Assembly (NCBI GenBank): GCA_030295235.1
Contig: AP026140.1
Span: 496,001 to 560,000, forward strand
Length of the DNA: 64,000 nucleotides
From: Fistulifera solaris
Taxonomy: Eukaryota
Reading direction: 5' to 3'
Each line of letters starts with the position of its first letter. The stretch's first letter is position 1. Made by a program: the position numbers and the translations under genes. This document shows, piece after piece, positions 1-11,209 of this stretch. The notes under the pieces are model-generated. The model saw only the letters and a list, made by a program, of their open reading frames with translations, did not search any database and was not told the DNA's origin.

Positions 1-922
1 ACAGTTGAGGGAGATTTATCGGATTTTCTGGGAGTTAATATCAACAGGATCGGTGAATCAACAATTGAATTGAAACAGCCACAACTCATCGACTCGATAA
101 TCAAAGACATGAAATTCGACCAGAAGGAAGTTAAAACAAAGGATATTCCAATGGCATCATCGAAGCTACTTTCGCAGCATCCCAAATCGCCGCCATTTGA
201 CAAAAGTTTTCATTACACTTCAGTCATCGGAAAAATGAACTACCTGACGGCGAGGATCCAGGCCAGACATCGCCTATGCGGTACATCAATCGCCACGCTT
301 TGCATCAAACCCAAGGAAAGAACATGGAGATGCAATGAGATGGCTTACAAAGTATCTGATAGGGACAAGGGACAAAGGAATGATTCTGCACCCAGACGTC
401 TCTAGAAGCTTGGAAGTTCATGTCGGCCGATTTAGCAGGCAATTGGGATCCAGAGATCGCTTTTGAGGACCGAAACACAGCTCGCTCCAGACACGGATTT
501 TTCATCACCTATGCCGGAGTATTGTTGCATCACAAGAGTCAACTTCAGACAGAGATTGCATTGAGTTCCACCGAGAGCGAATTCACCGGATTGAGCTACG
601 CACTCAGAGATGCAATTCCTATCATGAACACTTTGAAGGAGATGCAATCACTTTCGGATTTGATGTGAAAGAGTGGAGGCCAAAAGTCCATTGCAAAGTA
701 TTTGAGGACAACTCGGGAGCTCTGGAAATCGCAAAAGTTCCGAAGGCTCGACCAAGGACGAAGCATTTGAATGTCAAACTGCACCATTTTCGGTCATACG
801 TTGACAGCGGAGATATAACAATCCACAAAATCGATACTCTCGAACAAGTTGCGGATATTCTAACGAAACCACTCACATTTGATCTCTTTGCCAAACATCG
901 GAAGGCAATTCTCGGATGGTGA
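1..922 (+). CDS. Copia pol C-terminus (reverse transcriptase end plus RNase H); frame broken, either decayed or an assembly indel
   Basis: ORFs 70-405, 420-668 and 665-922 each carry consecutive copia RT/RNase H motifs. Confidence 0.85.
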
Positions 923-942
923 GATCGCAGTTCGAGAGGGAG

Positions 943-1222
943 TGTTGAATAACCAGTCACGCACGTGTCTACAATAAACGGAAAGACATGTGCACTACAT
1001 ATTACATGATACTGAAAACGAGAAGCGAACAGCAATCTACCTAATCCCGAATCCTCGTTATTCAAAGAACTAACAGCTGCCGAAGGAACCTAAACTATTA
1101 CTGACAAAGAACAATGCCAGCAGCTTCTGCATATTCTACATGAATCAAATGAGAACAATGAAGAGACAAACAAGAATTCAAATCAATAGGATAACTTCAT
1201 TTACTAGCTCATAATTTTAACA
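943..1222 (+). repeat. Putative 3' LTR (~280 bp)
   Basis: Starts TGTTGAA immediately after the PPT and ends TTTAACA, matching the TG...CA short terminal inverted repeat. The 5' LTR is outside the window, so the right edge is inferred. Confidence 0.7.
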
Positions 1223-1250
1223 AGCAATCCGTTTGCAGCAATCCGTTTGC
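1223..1250. repeat. Perfect 2 x 14-bp tandem duplication AGCAATCCGTTTGC at the LTR border
   Basis: Identical copies at 1223-1236 and 1237-1250. Confidence 0.9.
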
Positions 1251-1421
1251 ACCAAGTTAATTTTGTCAAGCCCAATCCATAGACGGCTCCGGCACCTGTG
1301 GATTTCAAGATATGCGCATGAACATATGATAGGCAGCTACTGGCAAATAATACTTGTATCCGTACTTTTAGATAATCCTTTCCTTTTCATTTAAAACGGC
1401 CTATTTCCTTTCCGTATTTCG

Positions 1422-2523
1422 ATGGATCTCAGAATGACGAGCGAAGAGGACCAGGAAAACGCACGCGTCCTCCCGGAAAACTCAAAAGTCGTTGCATTTC
1501 GGGAAGAATACGAAGATCGATTGCGCACCTTTACCGTGGCCAATTATTTCGGTATACCACACTCTCTGTCTCCGATCGTTTGTGCGAGATTAGGGTACGT
1601 GTCCTACAAATGCTTTGTGAGGCTGTTATTTATTATGTGCACCATCTCATTTGGCCTGTATAGCTTTCGAAATAAAGGTCAGAATCAATTGCAATGTGTC
1701 GGTTGTCACGAGCCACTGTTGGTGCAATTTCCCGCCTGTCTTTTCCGCCACGGCGCGGTCAAAGTTAACCTCGCTCTATGAACAGCAACTCTGCGAATTG
1801 CACCGTGACAGTTGCCCGTTTCGTCGGGATGCCCAGAATTACAGGCTACTACTTGGCAACCAATCCGATCGGATCCCCGCCCTGTGGACCCAAGTATGGA
1901 GACCAAAGGAAGTATTGGAACTCTTGGATCCGTTACGACCCAGTGCCGTCGTGCGGGAACGGTGGGAAAAGGTGATACCTTGGCTGGAGTCGGCGGCGAT
2001 GGACTGCACATCCTGGAAATTACCACCAATTGATGCCACCGTGTTTCAACAATATGCCACCACTGAGGATGAATTATTGGAGAAATGCTGGAAACTGATT
2101 TGCGGAGAGACTCAAGATGGTGAGGAAATTCCAACGAGATCTCACGAATTGGAGTTGGGTGCGTTATTGGTGGTCCTTATGGGTTGGACTCCGGATACCG
2201 CGTCGGGCATGCACTGCAGCATATGCTTTGCCAAATGGACGAATTTAGGCTCTGTGTCAAGAGACGGTGAACCGCAGCCGAAGCGTGTTTGTTTGCGCAT
2301 GAACGCGCCCGTCGATTCGCACCGATATTATTGTCCATTTGTGCGTGGACTCCCTCACGCTGGGATGCGATTTTGCGATAGAATCATACTGCGTTTATTG
2401 AATGAAACAAACAACAAACAAGATAAAGATTCACCGCTGGTCGCCACGGAGTTTCGATTGGAGATACGAAAATTGTTGAAAGACGCTTTGTCCCCATCGA
2501 AACTTTCCGTTGTGAGCAAATAA
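1422..2523 (+). CDS. ZC3HC1: C3HC zinc-finger protein (NIPA/ZC3HC1/Rsm1-like)
   Basis: DRLRTF..YF..P.SLSPIVCARLG, C..C, H...CPF, and a second module with CSIC...HRYYCPF. Intron about 1595-1663 (GTACGT...TAG); frame break near the T-run at about 1741. Confidence 0.75.
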
Positions 2524-2662
2524 TTGAGTTTGTTCTATAATCCCTATTTTTATTGCTGCTACAATCTCGTTTTGAAATATGCATCCCTAGTAGATGGTAC
2601 AGAAGCAATCGTTAAATGGACTTGTGCCTCATTTGCGCGGTAAAAGTTACTGCCACTATTAT

Positions 2663-4089
2663 TTAACCGCCACTGGATCGCAGCATCTTGAACAAAGCCG
2701 CAGCTTCCCGGATGCGGGAAAATTCAATGCAAAAGGACTCCATCACCACATAGATATCTTCCACTTGAACAATTTGATTGCGTAACAGTGATTGCACAAA
2801 GACACAGACCAATCGTACCAAACGATTCTGCGCGTGCTGATCGGGTATATTTTCGCAACTCGCAATGCAAGATCCAATAAAGAGATGAATATATTCGGGA
2901 TGCAGCAAGCTGGATGAACCCGGATTGCTGTTGGCGTGCGTCGCCAATCGATTCACTACTTCCATGGTGTGAAGACTCATATCCATGCTCACCAAGCTAC
3001 TCAAATATTCGTTCTTGTCGTCTTCGGAATAAGAATCACTCGAGGGTCGTAAGATCCGCAACAAGCACTCGTGGGCGACCATGGGGTTGTTTTCCACCAG
3101 ACGGTGCAAATTTTGTGGATTGAGTCCGCATTCTCGCACCAAACGTTCCGAATCTACGGGAGGATCCTTCTTCGTGGAACCGTCTTCATTCAGAACTTCC
3201 ATAATCAAGCGTTGCTCATTGGGTGCGAGAGGCTTCAAGAATGCTTTGTTTCGCATCAAATCCAAAACTTGCTGAAATCGACTCTCCCTACTGGCATCGT
3301 GTGTGTCATCCAAGGGTAACAACATGAGGCGTAAATTCGACGGAGTGATCCATATCAGTTCGGCATGCAATTTTTCCTCGTCGTGATGATAAATCTCATC
3401 GTTAAAGCCACACACCGGTGGCAATGGTGGAGGTAATGGCCGAGCAAACGGAATTTCTAAAGACTTGAATGGCTGTAACAGGTCTGCTGCACGAACGGAA
3501 GGAGTAGTTTCTTCGTCTTTGGATTCGTCCGTGGAGAGAAGTTTGGCGAGTTCGGCGGCTTTGTTTTGTTCCGGGGAGAACAGTAAGAGCGGATTCACAT
3601 AACTATCGCGAGAAATAATAAAAGGCCGTAATGCCTCGTCCAGGAACTTTCGTATTTCCTCGGTCACAGCTTTCTGTTGCACTGCTGTTTGCAGAGCAGC
3701 AAATTGTTCGGGTTCGAGAATCTCCGGCAAGAAAGATTCAATGAGCTCGTACAAACACGAGATTACCCATTCATTTTCTTCTTCTATTGAGTCCTTCACT
3801 AATTGTTGTTGTAACAATTCGAGAGCATCGATGAGTAGCATTCGAAAAAGGGTGATTCACGGCGTTGCGGTGGACAACACGCCTCCAGAACCGCCAAACA
3901 GGCCAGTTTTTGCTTCACCGAAATTGTATAATTCGTCGACAGCAACATATGTGCGGCCCATGTGATGGGAAAGAGCGAATCGTGGGATCGAATGGCTTCC
4001 GTGGCACACTGCCGCAGAGCCGGAAACGTGGGTGGGGAACGATCGACCGCATTCCAATATTGCCGCCAGAACGGTTCGATGTCGGTCAT
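2663..4089 (-). CDS. CNOT11: CCR4-NOT transcription complex subunit 11 (DUF2363 C-terminus)
   Basis: LVENNPMVAHECL, YLSSLVSMDMSLHTMEVVNRL, QNRLVRLVCVFVQSLLRN, FCIEFSRIREAAALFK. The N-terminus is joined through a one-base break in a T5 run near 3845-3849. Confidence 0.92.
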
Positions 4090-4570
4090 TGTCGTCGCGC
4101 GATCACGGACGAGTAGGAAACAGATGAATGATAGGAGCTGATAGTTGAAAACTTGATTACAAGTAGCAATGAGCAATGGATTTTATTTCCGGCTACCTTT
4201 ATTCAAGCCTTCGTTGTTTTGTTATTATTGTCATGCAATAATAGCAAAAACTGCCGCCATGCGAGGGACGAAGGACAGAACTCAACCGAAAGCAAGACTC
4301 GAAGATCTAGCTAATCACGAAGGTTAACCCTGTTCTTAATTAATGCTTTTTAGAAGGACTAACTAACTTGTTTCCCGTACTATTATGTAGCGTTTTTGAC
4401 AAAGAGCACGTTCCACTCTTTCGTGCAGTCACAAAACCACGCACTCACGATTTCACCACATGACTCATTTTCTGCCTCATCGATCGCTTATTCCAACACT
4501 TTTTATTTAACCCATCATTCGCACCATCATGTCATTATTATTGTGAAAACTGTCATAACTTTCGTCTATC

Positions 4571-5620
4571 ATGGAACCCATTCAACCCAAGCCCCTCCCG
4601 GATATCCCTCCCTACGGAGAGAACGCCATTGATATTCAAAATCTCACATTCGCTTACAGTGCCGGATCCAATGGCAGCAGTCTCGACAAAATCGATCCCA
4701 ACAAATGCATTTTGCGTGATTTGAACCTCTCGTTGCGCAAGGGATCGCGTTGTTTACTTATTGGTGGAAACGGATCGGGAAAAAGTACTTTGCTCCGAAT
4801 CCTCGCCGGCCGACATTTGACCAAAAATCCCAATCCTCACTCGCACGTCAAAGTCCTCGGCTTGCACGCCTTTCACGATACGCGCCTCAATTTTCATCGC
4901 GCGTATCTCGATTGCGATTGGGGCATGCGCAACGTGGCCTTTGTCGGAGCCGCTGTCCCACTCATGGCCGATATTCCCGTCCATAAAATGATGGAACGCT
5001 TGCAAGCGTCGTATCCCGAACGACGTCAAGAGTTGTTGGAAATGTTGAACATTGATGTTAACTGGCGGATGCACCAGTTATCGGATGGACAACGCCGTCG
5101 TGTACAAATCTTCTTGGGGCTCATTCGTCCCTTTCAGATTTTGTTGTTGGATGAAATCACAACCAGTCTCGATGTGTGTGTCCGACAGGATCTCTTGCGT
5201 TGGTTGGTCCGCGAATCCGAGGAAAGGGGTGCCACCATCATTTATGCGACGCATATCTTTGATGGTCTCGATGATTGGGCGTCGCATCTGTTCTATTTGA
5301 CCAACAAAGGCCAGTGCGGTTGGCAGGGCCAGATGGAAGAACTGGAAGTCTATCACCAACTCAAGGCGGAGAATCATCCGTGCAAAATGTTGGCGATTGC
5401 GGATCACTGGTTGCGGGCCGAGTTGAACGAAAATCGTCGCTTGCGGCAATTCGAGCCCGCACAGGGCGCGGCGGTCCGTTTACCGGATCCTACCGACATC
5501 AGTCAAGGTGGGTACGCCAGTGGACGCTTGCAAACGGATGAAGAGATTGCGGCGAGAAAGCAACGTCACGAACGTGCCGCTGCGTTGCATGCTATTAAAA
5601 TGCAATCCATGGAGCAGTAA
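4571..5620 (+). CDS. CAF16: Soluble single-domain ABC ATPase, CAF16 / plant ABCI19-21 type
   Basis: Walker A GGNGSGKST, family motif WRMHQLSDGQRRRVQI, Walker B ILLLDE, YATHIFDGL; no transmembrane segments. Confidence 0.88.
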   Translation: MEPIQPKPLPDIPPYGENAIDIQNLTFAYSAGSNGSSLDKIDPNKCILRDLNLSLRKGSRCLLIGGNGSGKSTLLRILAGRHLTKNPNPHSHVKVLGLHAFHDTRLNFHRAYLDCDWGMRNVAFVGAAVPLMADIPVHKMMERLQASYPERRQELLEMLNIDVNWRMHQLSDGQRRRVQIFLGLIRPFQILLLDEITTSLDVCVRQDLLRWLVRESEERGATIIYATHIFDGLDDWASHLFYLTNKGQCGWQGQMEELEVYHQLKAENHPCKMLAIADHWLRAELNENRRLRQFEPAQGAAVRLPDPTDISQGGYASGRLQTDEEIAARKQRHERAAALHAIKMQSMEQ

Positions 5621-6268
5621 TTCCATAATGATATAGCCACTTCTCGATCTCGATTGTGTTTGTTATCGGCGCATTCATCGGTAGTATTAGCCTGAGCCAC
5701 CGGAAGGACGTTCAGTACTAGAGTTTCACCGAAGCTGCTGTTAGTGACGATGACTCATGAGAATAATATTGGATGATCAAGTGCGTATGTTACGTTGCAA
5801 CCGCTGCATCGCAGTAAACTATTTTTTATGAACCCTAGCCCAAAATAATCGCGACTCATTTCGATTCCAGTCCCGAATCCGTCGACTTTTCTGTTTTCTT
5901 CAATTATTGAACCAGTAGTCGACTTGTCAGCGATCATTATCAAGCCATCTGATTGATAGCACTCTTGGGTTTGTTTCTTGCTATTGCTTTTGTGGCTGAT
6001 AAATTTGATAATGAATGACGAGCCTCCCTTAGCATCGTTGAGGAATGACTATAGAACAAGAAGTAGACGACTTTTTCTTGAACGACTCGATCAAGATTCA
6101 GTCGCGGACAGCAACTCATTTTTTTCATCGTGTTGCAATCGAAAGTTGCCGAATTATTGACGATAAAGGAATTGCCGTTCTCTCTCTTTTGACTTTCTCG
6201 CAATAAAAACATCGATTCAAGTCAAATGATTCCCCATCTCGTTTATCGCTATCAAAGATAGACGGAGA

Positions 6269-7165
6269 ATGCTTAACATCAATCGTCTCAACCTTCTGAC
6301 ACCCTTTCGGCTGATAATACTGCTCAATTCCTTCGTCTGGGTTTGGGTGGTTGGTTACTTATCCACTTCAACGACTCGAATGAGGGACTTTCGAAATCAA
6401 TTCACAGCGATACGCAGCACGAATAGTCCCACGCATCTCGTGTTTCCAGGAGGCGGAATCCATTTCTACTGGCAGGCCGGGTTCATTTCATATTTGAGAG
6501 AAGTCGGTTACGATCCTTCCGCATGCACTGCTACTGGTGCTTCCGCGGGAGCCTTGGCCGCCACCTTGACCATAACGGGTGTGGATTTTTATGAGGCGAC
6601 AGATTTGGCGTTGCGTCTTGCGAAAGAGGCGGGTGTTTGGGATCGCAAGAACGGATTACAGGGAATTTGGGGTCCTATGATCCACGATTGGCTCGATGAA
6701 CTCCTTCCGGACGATGCCGTCGAAACGTTGTGTCGAAGCAAGGATCCACCCGAATCGAATCTCACGCTCCTGCTGACTCCAGCTCGCAATCTGTTGGGTC
6801 CGAAACGGCGTGTTTCCAGCTTTACCAGCAAGGAGGATTTGATTCAGTGCAACATGGCCAGTGTACATTTGCCATGGTTTCTCAATGGCAAGCTGACACG
6901 GAAATTTCGGAACCGGCGCCACATCGATGGTAGTTTTCTTTCCAAGTCGTCCGATTATCGATCTCATCAAGATGATGATGTTCGAGAAATCATCATTCAT
7001 CATTCTCTGGATCCAAAGTATCAAAAGAGGCGAATGTTCGATTTTGTGGATGCACTTTCACCCAGTGGGATTTATGATATGCTAGAAGATGGCAAGTGCT
7101 ATGCAAAATCGTTGCACGAAGCTGGTCTATTAGACGGCATTCCGAAACGCTGTGATACCAGGTAG
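6269..7165 (+). CDS. Patatin-like phospholipase
   Basis: FPGGG oxyanion motif, GASAG nucleophile elbow, ASVHLP, IDGS; hydrophobic N-terminus. Confidence 0.88.
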   Translation: MLNINRLNLLTPFRLIILLNSFVWVWVVGYLSTSTTRMRDFRNQFTAIRSTNSPTHLVFPGGGIHFYWQAGFISYLREVGYDPSACTATGASAGALAATLTITGVDFYEATDLALRLAKEAGVWDRKNGLQGIWGPMIHDWLDELLPDDAVETLCRSKDPPESNLTLLLTPARNLLGPKRRVSSFTSKEDLIQCNMASVHLPWFLNGKLTRKFRNRRHIDGSFLSKSSDYRSHQDDDVREIIIHHSLDPKYQKRRMFDFVDALSPSGIYDMLEDGKCYAKSLHEAGLLDGIPKRCDTR

Positions 7166-7262
7166 TAATAGTTATTTCTCATGGAGAGGTTGTGCATTGT
7201 TTGAAATAGTTCATAGTACAGCGTATAAAACGAATCCAATAGAATAAAAAAACATCATTAAT

Positions 7263-8975
7263 TTAAAAGACTTGAGCGTCGTCCGAGTCAGAATCATCGT
7301 CGCCGAAATCTCCTTCGCCGTCGTCTCCATCCTCATTGGCGGCGGCCTTTTCAGCCGTCGGACTTTCTTCATCAATGTCCATTTTGTCGGCACTCGACGG
7401 TGGCACAGTCTCTGTGTACCGCTTTCGTCCAACTTCGTGTTTCTTGGCCATTTCTTGATCGACTTCCGCCATTCGTACTTCCATTTCGTTGATTTCGGCG
7501 TCGGTCGCCTCCCTGCGCTCAACGCCATGTGCGAGGGGATTCACAACAGGGCGCCCCATCGACAACTGAATTCTTGACGAAAGAGGCAGATAAGTCGCCA
7601 CTCCTTTCTCTTTATCAACCCATAAACAAAAATTAACATGAGGAGAATCTTCGTCCTTGAGTGGCAGAATGTCCAGATCGTATGTTTGAATGGGAACCAA
7701 GTAGTCTGTGTCGCCATTGTCTTCGCTGCTCTTCTTCTCCGTAGCAAGTACTTGACACGCCATTCGATTGCTGTTGCCTTGCTTTTCCACGTTACCAATA
7801 AATGCACCATTTGCAAAATGATTGACAGAAAACCCCTTAGGTAGATTGGTTGGTACTTTGTCAATGACGACTTGCGTAAAAGCACGTCCCCAATTGGCCA
7901 CGTTCGGCAGAACATCCAACACGGCAACGGCTTTCAGCTTCTTATTGGTCGGGTGCTGAATTGTTTGTAGTGTTGTTTTGGTCGCGACGGGATCAAACGA
8001 CGTTTCAATCGCTTTCGAAGATCTGCTATGGGCCATGGCCTGTTGTTTGGCTTCTAATTCCGCGGCTAATTCCTGTTTTGTCTGGGCCAGCGACTTGAAG
8101 TCGTGTACCTTCCGCGAGTAATCATTCGACAAATAGGTTGTCTTTCTCATCCAAGTCTGCATTTCCTCATGCAGCACACGCGAAAACGCCTTCTTGCTCT
8201 GTTTCTTAGCACTCAACTTGCTTTGATTGCCCGGTACGGAATCTCCACTGCGCAACCATTGCTGTGCCGCCGCCCGCACTTGTTCCTGACGCTTGCTTCG
8301 CAAATCCGCCGCCGTATCTCCCATCGAACCCTGCCAATCCAAGAGAGCCTGATCATCGGCATGCAACGAACTGAGTGGTGGTAATGTATTTTTATCGGCC
8401 GTATTCTCCAGTGTATATGCTTTCAGGTCCATGGCCGACGATGCCATGGGCACTCCGAGATCCGGTTCACTGTGCAATTTCCAAGTATGATTCGCTTCTA
8501 CCGTATTCAACGGTTTGTACTGGCGACTTTGATTCAACAAAACCGCCTGGAGCGTGTCCCCCACAAAGCACGGCCCCACGGGTGGTCGAGGCGGAGCGTT
8601 GCGAAAGCGAAAGTCCACTTGAAATCCTTGCGCTCGTTGCGCGAAGAGTGACTGAAATGTCGATGGTTTCGGGGGACCAGGGGATTGACCTTTATGTCGT
8701 TTGCTCGCATCGGGAGCTCCTCCTTTCTGTTGTTGTTGCTGTAAAATCATTTGACGATATTCCTTTCCTTTTCGTTCTTTATCTATTTGTGCGCTCGATT
8801 TCGACATTTTGCTCGCCTGATGTTTGTGTGAGATATTATCTTGCGTTGATGCTAATAGTCTGTAAAACTCTCTTACCTTTCGCTTCGCGCGCCGTTCTTG
8901 CTCTTCGAGCCGATGGAGCTCATCGTTGGCTGGTGGTGCTGTTGCTGCTTCCGACATGTTTGTATTATCGTTCAA
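7263..8975 (-). CDS. PAF1: RNA polymerase II-associated factor 1
   Basis: FRFRNAPPRPP, SEPDLGVP, WMRKTTYLS, IETSF...HPT.KKLKAV.VLDVLP, YLPL, acidic tail. Confidence 0.85.
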   Translation of the reverse strand: MNDNTNMSEAATAPPANDELHRLEEQERRAKRKVREFYRLLASTQDNISHKHQASKMSKSSAQIDKERKGKEYRQMILQQQQQKGGAPDASKRHKGQSPGPPKPSTFQSLFAQRAQGFQVDFRFRNAPPRPPVGPCFVGDTLQAVLLNQSRQYKPLNTVEANHTWKLHSEPDLGVPMASSAMDLKAYTLENTADKNTLPPLSSLHADDQALLDWQGSMGDTAADLRSKRQEQVRAAAQQWLRSGDSVPGNQSKLSAKKQSKKAFSRVLHEEMQTWMRKTTYLSNDYSRKVHDFKSLAQTKQELAAELEAKQQAMAHSRSSKAIETSFDPVATKTTLQTIQHPTNKKLKAVAVLDVLPNVANWGRAFTQVVIDKVPTNLPKGFSVNHFANGAFIGNVEKQGNSNRMACQVLATEKKSSEDNGDTDYLVPIQTYDLDILPLKDEDSPHVNFCLWVDKEKGVATYLPLSSRIQLSMGRPVVNPLAHGVERREATDAEINEMEVRMAEVDQEMAKKHEVGRKRYTETVPPSSADKMDIDEESPTAEKAAANEDGDDGEGDFGDDDSDSDDAQVF

Positions 8976-10192
8976 GAAAGGACTGATGACTCGAAGAAAA
9001 AGATACCGGCGACTTTAACCACAACGCGACTAACGGCTGCGCTTCGACAATTGAAAAATAAAAAGATTATAACGTGAACGACCTTTAATAAACTCAAGGT
9101 CGTAACTATTCCCCATCAAAGCATTGAAATAATAATCATCGCTTTTTATCGCATCGCATCGACATGCCAAACGGCGGATCAACGACAAAGAGATGTTTGC
9201 AGCGCGACACCGACAACGGCAAGACGATGTGTGACATCATATTCATGTCTCACGACTAAATAATACTCCGTACAAGACTCCTCATCTATGGCGCCGTGCA
9301 AAGGTTAGCTGAAGCAAAAAAATACTCCGCGAATAAATAGATACACAAACCGCACACATGTGACACGTTGTAGTAAAAACAGTAGATAAGACATACATTT
9401 AAAGGCTATACTGAGGATTCTCAAACTGAGAAGGACTTAAGTGACACGAGGGAATGACGCATGACCCGACGCGCGCGCCGCAGTCGGTCTTCGGTCTTCA
9501 TCTTGAACATTGAAGAAGAAACGAAAACCTTAGTATCAAGTAAAGTGTAATTAGCCTACTCTTTGGAGTGTTTTCAAGAGTGATAAACACTTCTGGATGA
9601 TTTCTATGCGGTTATCTCTTTCGTTAAGTATCTTATGTGTTCTGTACGTGGAAGCTAAAAGAGCGATGACCCAATGAGCCGGAAAGAACAAAAGTGCTTC
9701 CTTACGGTCACTGAAGTATACGTATTCTCTACATTATGGCTTATTGAAAAATTTACTTCAAAAACCTTTCTCGTTAATGTTCGGCACTACATTTTATCCT
9801 TATACATAAGATTTAATATGGAAATGAAAGTTTCCAACTGAACAATGACGACAGCGGTGTCTACTGTTTAAGCCTTACAAGATAGACTATCATGTACGAT
9901 GTATTATCTAAGGATGTTCTTTCCTGCGCTCCACTGTCCTCTTCACAGTCCATTCTTAAAGTACTGTAGTCGAAAGTCGAATTGAGAACTGAAGAACTTG
10001 TTTGTTCTTTTCGGATGAGGCTGTTGGTTTGTTTGTACGACCGTGATACAGTAAGTGCTAGCTATCCTTCGCTTTCACGTTGATCGTTGCGCTGGTCGAA
10101 TAAATCTCTGGCAAATGAAATGAATGTTGCTTGGGCTTGAGCATTATTTGCTTCTCGCGTCCAGAATCTGTTGGCCTCATAAACAACCGAAG

Positions 10193-10962
10193 ATGAATTG
10201 CGTAACCGCGGCGGAGCTGAACAATTTAGGGGCTTTGCATTTGCAAGGCGGCCATCTACGGACGAGCCTTGATCTCTTTCGAGATGCTCTGAGCTTGACT
10301 TTGCTCGACCTTGAAGCAGAGCAACGCTCTTCTTGTTGCAATGATATAAGTGATGAATCAAGAACCGCTTCTCCGCAAACGAGTGATGAAGTAGCAGCTT
10401 GTAGCGCATCACCGAACCAAGCAGCATCCGCAAGTTCATGTACGGAAGAGGCAGATTGCCTGCAACCTTCGCCGTCCTCGACAGCATTCGTTCAGTCGCA
10501 AGCCATCAACGTCATTCCACTACCGAACGCTTACTCGCATGATCCGCTCGTGAATATGACGATCGTGAGTAGTATTGTGCTCTTTAATTTAGGAATTGTG
10601 TATCACCTCAAGGGTCTAGAAGGAACGAACGAAAGCTCGTCGTACCTCGTCAAGTCCTGCTCTCTTTACCAAAAGAGTCAAGTCCTTCTCGCGGACAGTG
10701 GCGTCCCGCTGAACTGCACCGGCAATCCAGTGATTGATATTCTATCCATGGCGATCAACAACAATTTGGCACAAGTCTTTTTGAATTGTCCATGTACGAT
10801 GATTCGCGACAGCACTTTGAGCAGCTAATTGCCTTTGCCGTGACCGTGGTACCAGCTCGATACGGTGACCTGGCCATTGGCAATCTGATAGATGAACAAA
10901 AATCCAAATTTCTTCTCAATGCTATGATCTTGCATGCGCCCAAACTGGCACCAGCGGCTTGA
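10193..10962 (+). CDS. Hypothetical TPR-like helical protein of a family I associate with diatoms
   Basis: AAELNNLGA, SIVLFNLGIVYHL, MAINNNLAQV. Restoring one T in the T5 run at about 10778-10782 continues the frame as FELSMYDDSRQHFEQL...KLAPAA*. Confidence 0.7.
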
Positions 10963-11209
10963 TCCATTAACGTTATATCTGCTTACATATTTTGTGCTAA
11001 CGGTGACAAACATCCGCTTTCTATTTCCTACTCTAAATACTAAACTTTTGATTAAAAACTTGCATCCTAGGCTATTAGACTCCTTTAATGTCGGAAGTTA
11101 CGAACAAGTAGTGATCACGGAGTAATAAGCAAAGTGCAAGTGCAGTTTACAAAGAATCCTATTAATATAGTTTGCTAAAACCAAAAGCAACAATCAAGCT
11201 GGATGACCT

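Larger units (their letters stand above)
1..1222 (+). mobile_element. 3' part of a Ty1/copia LTR retrotransposon (CoDi-like): RT C-terminus and RNase H, polypurine tract, 3' LTR; truncated by the window edge
   Basis: Copia RT/RNase H motifs across three frames: ADLAGNWD, SRHGF, QTEIALSSTESEF, VFEDNSGAL, RTKHLNVKLHHFR, EQVADILTKPL. Stop at 922, PPT GAGAGGGAG at 934-942, then TGTT...AACA. Confidence 0.92.

Noticed and set aside
8375..8986. Long + strand ORF here, and similar antisense ORFs at 40293-40982, 50710-51300 and 61115-61672
   Set aside because: Opposite-strand shadows of well-supported genes, with no recognisable motifs.
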